A DNA stretch of 62,485 bases from Calcarisporiella thermophila CBS 279.70 (Eukaryota > Fungi > Calcarisporiellomycota). The DNA lies in the NCBI RefSeq assembly GCF_041956535.1, contig NW_027192211.1, forward strand, positions 10,181 through 72,665. Direction: 5' to 3'. Of the stretch, positions 36,301 to 46,262 are shown in pieces. A program made the translations under genes and the position numbers. The notes beneath the pieces were generated by a model. It worked only from the letters and a program-made list of their open reading frames with translations, was not told the origin of the DNA and searched no databases. How positions within the stretch are numbered: position 1 is the stretch's first letter; every line of letters begins with the position of its first letter.

Positions 36301-38942
36301 TATTCGAACCGACAATAGGAGATATATTAGTAAAAATGTTGATGGAGTGTATTGCTCTTTATACACAGCTACATGATGCACTGTACGTGCGTCTCTCTCA
36401 CCTAATATATGCCCAAACGAATTCCTTGACCCCTGATTTAATGAAGACCATTGCACGGATTTTGACTGAGATTGGAAGAATGCAAGATGAATTTCAGAGA
36501 GTGCCATGCCATTGTTGGACAACTGATAAAGCAAATTTGGAAGAGGAAAAAATCATGGTATCAGGGCTAGATGCAATACTGGGAAAAGGGTGGAGAGATG
36601 GGGTGTGTTGTAGCTGGGGGAAGACTTGGGTACTTGTTGGATGTTGGGTCGTATTGTTCGGCATAGGATACTATGACAATTTACGAAAAAATGAAATCGC
36701 ACTAGATGAGCTTGATTACGATACAGCATCACCATACAATGGTAAATATTAATCGTTACTCTCGTTATTTTAATTCTAATTTTGTTTTGCCTTTAAGGAA
36801 TTATTCCAACTGAACTCCTACAATGTCTCTGCTACCTCTCTGGCTGCATTTCTGACGTGGAGAGTAATGGCGATGAATTTTCAATGAAAAAAAGACTTAA
36901 TGATGTAGCGAAACTAGCGCCTAAGCTTTGCATAACTTCCATGCTCACACCTGAAATGTATTGGCTGGTAGCACACGAATCAATAACGCCATCATTGACT
37001 CACGTTGCTAAACGAAAAGGTAAAGTTGAAGCGATTGGCAATTTTAATATACCGGAATTCCTAACTAATATTGGATTGTCCACTTTTATGATTTAGAATC
37101 AATTTTGCGCGTGCTCCAGAGCCAATTATCAGACTCTTCTCCCCACACTTTGATCTCTTCTTTTATTTGCCAAGCTGTTCATGTACAACTCATTTGTACT
37201 CGCCGTCGATACTCCACCCCTCTCGCCTCTGTTATATCTAGTCGTTTAATGCGAATGGAAGGACCGTCGAAGTCAGAGAGAGATTTTTCCTTGTTATTTT
37301 CGGTGATTCGTGATACATCCTACTGGAATTCAATTTCGTACCACGAACCTTGGCTACAAAACCTATTTGTCAAAGAGTTCCAGTCACATTGCACAGGGAG
37401 ACCCGGAAGTGGGGCTGAGAGGCGAGAGAGTGGAGATATAGATTTGCATTTGGTAAATTTATCTACCCTATCTTACACTTTTAAACGCTTAAACATTGAT
37501 TCGAGTACTGTGTTTTAGAGCCTTGATAGATGCGAGTTTACACTGGCATTCCTCAATGTCATTATCCCACATATTCCCCCCAGTTGGCTCTTCCTTGGGG
37601 ACTCGGTTTTACCGCAACAAAATGAAGGCATATTTCGAAGAATGGCCAGATTTTGTGCCGAATACTTTGAGGACTTGGGCTCTGTCAATTTGTGGGGGGA
37701 TTACGTGGTTCGGGGTGCTGTAGCAGTTATGAAGAAAGGATTGAGAGACGAGTGTCTCCTGCAAGTAAGCTGTTAAGAAGCTATATTTATTTTTGCAGAT
37801 ATCCGCAGTCGTTGAATTTGAATTAAATAATATTTTTGTGCTTCACTAGGATTTTCTTTACAAACTCCCTAATCTATTTAGCTATTTAACTGATGATGAT
37901 GTTCAAGTGCGATTCTTCGGAGAAGAGGGGGAGAAAGTCAATATGTGCTGCACCACCCATAAACGATCGCTACCTGAAGTAATTAGGGATGTACAGAGAT
38001 TCGGATATATCGTAATATGTGAGGATATTGTAAAGTAAGCCTCTGTTGAAGATGCATGACGTTGCTATCAATATACTAATATGAATCTTATAAATATGTA
38101 GACTTGAACCAGAACTCCGGAACATTGTGTCAACATTCTCCGGAAATGAGCATCTTCTTACGCATCAACTTGTCACTCGGCTTAGTAGTAAAGTTAATAA
38201 GATATATCGAGAGCAGAAGGATCCAAAAATGCATTGGAAACCACTTCTCTCGAGCCTGCTGGAATCGCTTGCACATATTGATAGTATGCCCTTACACACA
38301 ACGCTTCTTACAAAGTGCTTAGAGCGCGTATATCATGAGAATAGTATTGAAGGATTGAGCACGAGAAAAGGAGATGAGGGAGTAATGCCGAAAGGAAAAG
38401 GTGCGTTCACAATAAGAATGTTGGTCGACACTGTGCGAGCCAGTTTGAAGTTCCTTTCCTCCCCTGCGACGTTCTTTGCATACTTGGGTATGGGACTCTT
38501 AAGGAGATATCCGCAGTTGGCCGATGCATTTACTGCTGATACCAGTCCTGCCGACATGACAAAGATAGAACGGCCGAATCAGAAAAGTGGACAATGGCTG
38601 ATCGTCCTATATCTAACCATAGTCGGATCTGACAAGATATTCTTGAAGAATGTCGTGGAAGCAGGATCTAAAGAAACACGACGAATCGTAATCCGCGCCA
38701 TTATAAACTGCTATGCACACATATTAGCCATTATTGATGGGGACAAGCAGAGTTTCGATCAAGAAGAGGAAGATGCAGCAACTCTAAGACTCTTAGCAAC
38801 CATTTCTCAGCTTGCAAAGCAACTGCTACGAAAACTGATAGAGGACGAAAATTATCTGGGATTGGGCGATGGGCTCTCACTTCTACAAATCGACATGTTA
38901 AAAAAGTATGATGCAGAAGTATTTACAATTGTGAATGTATAA
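33384..38942 (+). CDS. FANCA: Fanconi anaemia group A protein homologue; large multi-exon gene
   Basis: Spliced 35026-35835: FALQLALIACKDG..FEAWLK..TKRQAQFFFGALSAITPHES..DYVSLAKTRILDI..DLAKILSIFAQTHKIPKCLAEAIIFRNKWYFHSFLPTLL..RSKLIKMLDECGKIP. Collinear with recalled vertebrate FANCA ([89 protein letters not shown]). Length compatible with FANCA. Confidence 0.85.
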
Positions 38943-39102
38943 TAAAATCAATTTTCTTGAGTTTGATTTCTTTTGTGGCAAACTAGATATATTCAACTTT
39001 CATTATCAACGTATATAGGAATGCTTATTATTCCGGCAATACTACTAGTCGAATAAATGAAAACTTCTACTAACTCATGATCTTTTCTTTAATAATAATG
39101 AT

Positions 39103-39390
39103 GAATGTCGCTAGTTTGGTTTTACCCAAAGAGTAATCGCCACATAGTGACGCAAGCCCAAATGGACCTACCCAGCGTTTAGGAATAAACTAGCGGCGAC
39201 CTTCGCTCCCACCGAACTCCACCTTGCGGGGTGCTCAAGGCGGAAAACGAAGGGGCTCTCTCTGTGCTTTGTCAGTAGAGCTATACATCATTCCTATCTG
39301 CCCGGAAGGGCAGAAAAAGATGCCTCAGTACTGACGAACGGCAGAATCCCGCAAGCGGGTTTCTGCTGCGAAAGCAGACAAGGAGAAAAA
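39103..39390 (-). ncRNA. SNR30: U17/snR30 box H/ACA snoRNA (18S rRNA processing)
   Basis: Minus strand: 3' hairpin closed by CGCUAGUUU/AAACUAGCG carrying m1 UAUUCCUA (39180-39187) and m2 AAACCAA (39116-39122); ACA box (39106-39108) 3 nt before the predicted end; H box AAAGCA (39265-39270) right after the GUCAGUA/UACUGAC helix; internal hairpin CCUUCG..CGAAGG; TATATAA at 39411-39417. 5' end approximate. Confidence 0.85.
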
Positions 39391-39410
39391 TGAATCCAGA
39401 ATTGCTGGTG

Positions 39411-39417
39411 TTATATA
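39411..39417 (-). promoter_or_regulatory. Putative TATA box of the U17/snR30 gene
   Basis: TATATAA on the minus strand about 25-35 nt upstream of the structured region. Confidence 0.5.
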
Positions 39418-39533
39418 GGAAGAAATTAGAAGTCAGTTTTATGGGTCTGGTATAAAATTGAATTTATGCTCTTTACTTTCAGGCGGAGATATTATCAACG
39501 TAAACCGGGCAGCCGTCTAAGCGCACCCTCACC

Positions 39534-40924
39534 ATGCCAGATACCCCAGATGCGCCCATGTCCACACGTACTTCACCATCCACCATACAAATATTCGATT
39601 CCTCCGCACGTGACAAAATTCAGTCGCTTTTGGAACGCGAACGTGCTGAACTTACGCGTCTATTGCGAGATGTAAACGCAGAAATTAACGCTCTACAAGA
39701 CAAATTAGAAAGAACACGACACCGTAAACGCGCCGCATTTGCATCTGATGTCGGTGAAGGCTTGGGAAGTACGGATGGAATAGAGAGTGGGAGGATGGAT
39801 GAAGTTGTGTAAGTGCAATTCACTAATAATGTTTTATCTATAACTAAGTTTTTTATACTTATTTAGAGAGAGACTGCTGCAGATGAACAATGCTTCTCTT
39901 CGCTCATCTTTAGAAGGAGGAGGAAAAACCTCAAGTGTAGGTACCTCCCCTGATCAATCAGTGAATCAATCAACTTCAAGCTCTGACAAAGAATCTGGGG
40001 AAAAAGCTAAAAATGAGGTATAGGTTTTCCTGATGCATCATTTATTCAACGTATCTCTAAGTTGTAATGATAGATTCGCCGGCTTGCGGTTTTTACTAAG
40101 ATCAATTTCACCGAGACATCAAATCGCTTGGTCTCTGCTGATCAAGGTTATTTCCTCACTCTTTATTGTAACCGAACTGTTTGAACTAACTCTGCTTCTT
40201 ATAGCACATATTCGGCTTTATGATCTTGCAGGAAAATCGTGTGGCCTTCATTTCCGCCTTCATTTTGAAGTAAATGAGACGGAGCTCTTTATTCGTCGAT
40301 TGCGAGTATTTGTGCCCCCAAGCGTGCATCGCGAACTTGCTTCTTTCGTCGTTAGCGTAGAACGCGATAACCATTTGCATGGGTTCTTCCGAGGGTTTGT
40401 GCATTATGCGCAGCTTAATCAACAACGGAAAATGCTCTTCGAGGCAATGGGTCGGAGATTCCCGCGACTTGTACGAACTCGACCTGATGAAACTGAAATT
40501 AGAAGTAGTCGTAGGAATAGAAAAGGTATTGGAGGAGATGGCGTGGCAGTATTAAAATTTTGCGATGAGGAAAGGTTAGATGATTACTAGCTTAGTACGA
40601 TAAATTTTATTTCAATTTACCGCATAATCTCCCTGTAGCCCATCGAGTCCAGAGTTAGTATTTTTATGGGATTTGCTTATTACACCAACTGGCCGAGTCT
40701 TGCCAGATATACGTGTTAAACCATCCGTGTCGAGAGAATGTAAGCAAAAGCATCCCTCCTTAAAGCTGGTAGATAACTTACATGCTTTCACTTAAACAGG
40801 GAAAATGTCGGATAGAAAAAATATTCTCGTGGCATTACCGGACCACTTTCAATCCCTTGTCGAATTGCGCGGCCTTCAGCCAGCACTCGAGGCTGTTGTG
40901 AAGTGCATGTTTGGTGTGGAATAA
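39534..40924 (+). CDS. CENPP: Centromere protein P (Ctf19 orthologue, CCAN COMA/CENP-OPQU subunit); about 6 exons
   Basis: N-terminal coiled coil; spliced YDLAGKSCGLHFRLHFEV..RELASFVVSVERDNHLHGFFRGFVHYAQLNQQRKMLFEAMGRRFP..PELVFLWDLLITPTGRVLPDI..LPDHFQSLVELRGLQPALEAVVK matches the recalled CENP-P pattern (LSGNCHMVTFQLEF..ELSEFVSRAEERKDLFMFFRSL..RKRTF..ELVIVW..GKVFP..FRTLVGLLGIEAALESL). Confidence 0.85.
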
Positions 40925-41032
40925 ATTTTCAATGTAGCATCACGATGGGATCATGGAGGAAAATTTCAATGCAAGTTTATTTACAAATATGTCCAAAGTA
41001 AACACGAATGAGCACCGATCTTGTAACAGAGC

Positions 41033-41405
41033 CTAATTGCATTTGACCCGTCTTTCGAGTGCATGCTGCATGGTTTTGATTTGTTTCTTCGAGAGCAGCT
41101 GCGCAACAGTATTGCGACTCAAATCAAAAGAAACGTGACGACCCCGTTTTGACACTGTGTCGTGGATAGAAGATACAGCCACCTGATAATCCGGGAAAGT
41201 TTACTTGAACTTCAAGAGAAACATATTAACATGTTTAAAACTTACCTTTGAGTATTGTTCAGAAAATTTATCCTCGTGCCGTTCACTCACAACCATTTCC
41301 TGTAATAAAACCATTTTTTAATCTATGTGTTTTGACCATGTAATTAGCATTAACAAAAAAACCTACTCTTTTCGTTAAATGTCTGGAATTTACTCTGCGA
41401 GTCAT
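41033..41405 (-). CDS. Putative ~80-aa spliced micro-protein with RVxF-like motif
   Basis: ATG at 41405; two phase-0 GT-AG introns (donors GTAGGT, GTAAGT) give MTRRVNSRHLTKR|EMVVSERHEDKFSEQYSK|VAVSSIHDTVSKRGRHVSFDLSRNTVAQLLSKKQIKTMQHALERRVKCN*; second acceptor ambiguous. Confidence 0.45.
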
Positions 41406-42341
41406 GGGAAAAGGTAATAAACACGGAAGTCGTAAACAGGAAGACAGAGTAGGTGCAATAACAGAGGAGAATGAAAATAATGTTGTGGTGATGAGTATAT
41501 TATTGAAGTCTTTGGGTAGATAGAGAGAGACAAGTGATTAAAGAAGCGTAAGGAATAAGAGTGACTGATTAAAGATAAATTTTGTGCGACCTTTAAGGGC
41601 CGCCAAGTTTTCGAACTTGTGACGTTTTTTCTATAGTTTTCCTCGTATTTACCATTCCTTTTCTGCTCTGGTCTGACTCCAGAAACAATGGAAAGGGCAC
41701 ACATTTCATAGTCCCCAGTGGGTTTTATATTCTTTTTTTTATCCAATCCATGTCTTCTGTATACTGGACTTTCGACTGCGACTTGAATAAAATGTTCATT
41801 AATATTGGCTGTTTCTTAAGAGACCAAAATGCCTAAACTACAAAAAAGTTTGCTAGCGAAAGGTTGGAGAAATGCAATATAATACACTTGGTTTATTATC
41901 GACGTTTTAGGGTATAACGAGACAGTAAATTGATTGATTCGCATCATTTACTATGTTTTATCTATAGACAATCGGACATATCTATCGAGACCATAAATTT
42001 CAATAAAAATAAACCATGTTGAGAGTAGAGAGGATAAAAATATAAATTGGCTTACTTTTATACCCTTTATAATTGATTTTTTGTGTCCAACTGAAGGATC
42101 AATTTTCTCCAGATCTTTACGAAAACCTATAATTTATAACAATAGATATATCAGAGCCCTTGCCCTCATTCCTTAATCAACCTGTAGCTATATTACTGAA
42201 ATCTTTCTGAAATTAATTTTAAATTCGGCCCACCTCCAATCACGCGAAAGTCTGCTGAAAGACCTTGTTTATTTATCCTACGAGATCCCATCATCATCTT
42301 GTCCTCTTGCCTTTTGAATTTTATCAGATATACCGTTTTCA

Positions 42342-42911
42342 ATGTCTTTAATCATCAAACATCCGGCAGTAGTTAGCATATCAAAGTTCATCTCAAAGGA
42401 ACTCTCGAAACCCGAGATCTTCCTTCAGGTGACAGGAGCTACTCTCGCGCTTCATATCCTTCTTCTCTGGCTCGGCCCCACACAGGATAGCCATCTAGTG
42501 ATGCGTATTGCTGTGTCTGGCGTATTGACGCGCATGTGGTACTTGCTCTTCTGCTTACTGGACATGGTTTTGGCTGTCGCAATCAGTTTGGTCAGTAGTG
42601 GTGTAATGTCATTTACACTTAAGCAGTCTCCAGACGTAATTACCGGAGAGATGGGCACCGGTTTGATAGTGGCTCCTCTTGGCGTAGCAGGTTTACGATG
42701 CTTGGCTGACCTCGCACTTCTTCAAATCATAAGGGGAGGCTCTGCCTTCTGGGGTACTCTGTACTCGATGCTTTGGACACTGGCTAGTGTTCTCGGTACC
42801 ACGAGCAAGCTAGTAGTCGTGGTGGCTGCAGCTTTTGGCCTGTATGGATGGAGCGCCAAGATTGGACGAGACAGACGACAAGTGGTTCCTGATATTAAGA
42901 AAGAGGAATAA
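42342..42911 (+). CDS. Hydrophobic multi-pass membrane protein, function unknown, intronless
   Basis: 189-aa ORF with 4-5 hydrophobic segments, ends DIKKEE (possible KKxx ER-retrieval signal); flanked by AT-rich UTR-like DNA. Confidence 0.75.
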   Translation: MSLIIKHPAVVSISKFISKELSKPEIFLQVTGATLALHILLLWLGPTQDSHLVMRIAVSGVLTRMWYLLFCLLDMVLAVAISLVSSGVMSFTLKQSPDVITGEMGTGLIVAPLGVAGLRCLADLALLQIIRGGSAFWGTLYSMLWTLASVLGTTSKLVVVVAAAFGLYGWSAKIGRDRRQVVPDIKKEE

Positions 42912-43162
42912 CGGATTAGATCTTAACCCTTTTTTATTTGTGTTCAATATTCCTCATATTATATATTATATAATAGCATTTTCTTCGTCACAGTTTGTTA
43001 CCCCCTCCCCCACCCCTTCCCGTGTCGTTCACTTCGCTAAAAATAATAGAGGCAGAATATCAATTCGTTTATTTTTTTTCTTCTGCAGTTGGATCGTGAT
43101 TACTTGGAAACATTTGTAGGAAAAAAACAAGTTTATACATCCATAGAGTATTTGCATAGCAA

Positions 43163-44062
43163 TTAGTTGACTCCCACCGGCCTATTGGGGGCATGCCCGT
43201 TGGCGTTAATCCACCGGCTCATTTGGCCACGCAGATAATCGGTCGCCTCGCGCATCATAGGCGCAGTCTGCTCGCTCGTCACACGGACAATGTTCGATGC
43301 GCGTTGAGTGTAAGTGACTCCCTCGCGCCTCCACTCTTGATCGACACTTGCAACCACTGGGTCAACACGCTTCTGCCAACCCTCCGGCAGCCAATGCCTG
43401 TAACGTTGCTGCGCTTCCTGGCTCACGTCCTGCGCCAATTTTTTTCCACGGTGAGTGACGCTCACGTAAACACGATGCGTGGCAACGATGGGAAGGCTAA
43501 GGGCCCGATAAATGATGCCCCCTTGTTTATTTTCTTGGCTGCCTTGCTGTTGCCGTTGCTGTTGTTGCTGCTGGCGCCTCCTGTTATTGTTCTCCTGCTC
43601 ATCCTGCGGCAACGGAATCCATTTCTCCACCAACCCCTCCGCACCCGCAACCCACCCTTCCATTCCCACCGCATTTTTCGCTTTTTCGAAAATGTCGCGA
43701 GTCGGACGCTTCACAATGGGGAAGCGCCTCTCCATCTGGTCCAGAGACCTCGTGGCGACGGCGTCAACCTGCAACAACTGTGTCTTGAAGTGGGAATTCA
43801 GCTGGTTGGCAACAGGGAAGATGATGGAGTTAGCAGTCTTCAGAGCCTGGTGAGTAATGGCGTTGGCATGCAAGGTGTTAAGCGTGTCGCTTATGAGCGG
43901 TAGAGTTGTAAGGCGGGCAAAGAAATGGTAACCCTCCTGCTGCTGTTCCCGCTGCTGCTGGTTCTGTTGCTGCTGTTGTCTTCCATTTGAGTTTTCATTC
44001 CTCCCATCGGCTCTCCCATTGGTTGAGCCAGCGTTCCTCTTCTTTTCGGAATTTTTAGCCAT
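43163..44062 (-). CDS. Perilipin-like lipid-droplet protein (Pet10/Sps4/Cap20/Mpl1 family)
   Basis: PAT-like HFFARLTTLPLISDTL..QVDAVATRSLDQMERRFPIVKRPT; two polyQ tracts. Confidence 0.8.
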   Translation of the reverse strand: MAKNSEKKRNAGSTNGRADGRNENSNGRQQQQQNQQQREQQQEGYHFFARLTTLPLISDTLNTLHANAITHQALKTANSIIFPVANQLNSHFKTQLLQVDAVATRSLDQMERRFPIVKRPTRDIFEKAKNAVGMEGWVAGAEGLVEKWIPLPQDEQENNNRRRQQQQQQRQQQGSQENKQGGIIYRALSLPIVATHRVYVSVTHRGKKLAQDVSQEAQQRYRHWLPEGWQKRVDPVVASVDQEWRREGVTYTQRASNIVRVTSEQTAPMMREATDYLRGQMSRWINANGHAPNRPVGVN

Positions 44063-46262
44063 AATTGTTCTTTTTTGTGAGCAATGAATTACTAGGATTT
44101 TTAAAGAGTGGGTGAGAACAAAAGAATGAAGTAGGGGAGACGAATATGAATATGGAGAATAAAAAAGAGGCGCCTAAATCCTTTTACAACACATCCATTG
44201 AAATAGGAAGTTTACAAAAGGAAATATTGCGAATCCATGTGAAATATTTTTAATCGAATCCTAATAATATCCACAGAACATGCAATAGTTGACATTATAA
44301 GGTTTATAGGTGACAGCATTCAAAAGCCACATTTCTCTATACAAGAAACTCTCACCGGAAGCCGCGCTAAATTGCTCGATGGAGCTAATGGAAACCATGC
44401 CCAAATCACTTTTAACAATCAGTTCTAATATCCAGCCATGTTTGTATCAGATATGGGGCGGAGCTGTTTTCTTCAGGGAGCGTTAGGTGGAGCAAGCAAA
44501 TTTTCGAATCCGAATTTCGATTTTCCATCGTGTTTCTTATGCATAAGCAATTTCAGTACCTAGGTTTTCTCCAAATGTTTGTCTCATCGCCTATAGTTTC
44601 CACATAGAGTTGGTCTTATTGATTTAGTAACAATGGATTCTCAGCATATGGAAATGGTAGAGGAAATTTCTTTGTTTTTTCTTTTGAAAATAGAGACACG
44701 ATCATTAATTCTGATTCAAACAGGAGAATTATTATCTTTTACAATTTAACATAAGGTACTATTTGTTGACCATAGATGCCCTTTAATTTTCCCTCTCTAG
44801 GCCATAAGGAATTCACTTTCCCACTGTGGCGTCCATATGCAAAAATGAAAAAAACAGAATATACTATTTGGTCCTCAGTTCTTCGATATGCGTTCAAAAA
44901 ATCTGCTATTGGAGACTAATTCTCAATCTATTTCGATCATTGATTCACGAGGAGTTTTAAATATGATATTCAAAAACGTAATAGAGTCAAACAGTGACAT
45001 GAGGGTGATTTATAATCTCAATTTGATCTACCTATAAAGCACTCTATTCCGCCTCTCCTCATTGCTTACGAACCACATAAATAACTATGTCCATCTTTCT
45101 AAGATTGAGTAAAAGATTTAAGAACATGAATAAATTGATTCAGCGCTAATTTTTTAAACAAGCTGAGAAGATGGATTTCCGGTTAATGCGCTATCCTTCT
45201 GAGATTGGTACAAAGGATCTGTTGTAATATGGTTTCTCAAATAAACATTACTATGCAATCACCACATCTTACAAACCATACACTTGAAGAAAAGTCTTGT
45301 TTAAACTCGCTTTGAAATCTTCCCGCGCAAATTTAAGAGCCTTCACCTCCTCGAGTGCTTTTACTGATCTAAACCTGCACAGTTACGTGTATCAGTCTCT
45401 ATCCTGGCTTCAACAGGTTACATATGTGTGCGAACTGTTGGTAAACTATTGGGTTAACAAAAAGACTTGCGTGTTTTCGAGAAATTATCTCGTAAAACTC
45501 ACAATTTAGATTGCCAAGTTATTTCTGATCTTACAAAAAAAACATCCCACACAAAGTAGAATTGGCTACCTTCTAAGTAATTGATATAACAGTGGATATA
45601 TATTCTAGGTGAAATTTAAAGTTTCACCCAAATTAATCTGAAGTAGTCCGACTTGAAGTTTCCTTTAAATGTTTTCCTCCTTCAAATGCTGCATTAAATT
45701 CGTCTCTATTTGATAAAATGCCGCCACAAATAGCGCCAATGGTTCCAAAAGTTATGCATTCCAGGCTATACTTTTTGGGCTCTCTGCTTTATCGCCTTTC
45801 GAAACATTTGGTTGTCCTCTTAAAGGTGTCTGGAAAATGCGGAATAACGCAATGTGGCTCCATTTACTAAGGATTCATGGGGTTGTGGCCAGTGAAATGG
45901 GAAAAAATCTGCAACTTATATCTTAATTGTCCAAAGTTTTTAATGTCTATTCTGCCTTGAACTTTTTAAAGTAATCTGTATCCGTAGAGTAGAGAGATGT
46001 TTGCTATCGTTGAAAGGACAATTGAACTTGTGGCCACACACGATATCTCATCTACCACCAATCATTAAATTCTGTATGTGTTAAGCCGCTATACTTAGAA
46101 CTTGTATTTTAGTAGTTCACTATTAAGCTAAATTTAACTGATTGATAGCAATATGGCCAAGTTAGAGCATAGCCAAGTAATTCAGACGTCTTTGTAATAA
46201 CTCAATAATAAAGCCCATCGGGAAGAGTGGAATAATAGTAAAAAGTTTCTTTTTAGAAAAAG

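Noticed and set aside
39098-39334. Plus-strand readings of the structured island as a C/D snoRNA (ATGATGA..CTGA) or the 3' half of RNase MRP (ATAGTGACGCA..GGGGCTC)
   Set aside because: No MRP CR-I (GAAAGUCCCC) upstream; the minus strand explains all elements (H box, m1, m2, ACA, TATA) as U17/snR30
41402-41746. 114-aa minus-strand ORF
   Set aside because: Non-ATG start, UTR-like composition; more likely the promoter or 5'UTR of the micro-gene at 41405
43193-43903. 236-aa and other plus-strand ORFs over the perilipin-like gene
   Set aside because: Antisense shadows of a GC-rich coding region; no recognisable motifs
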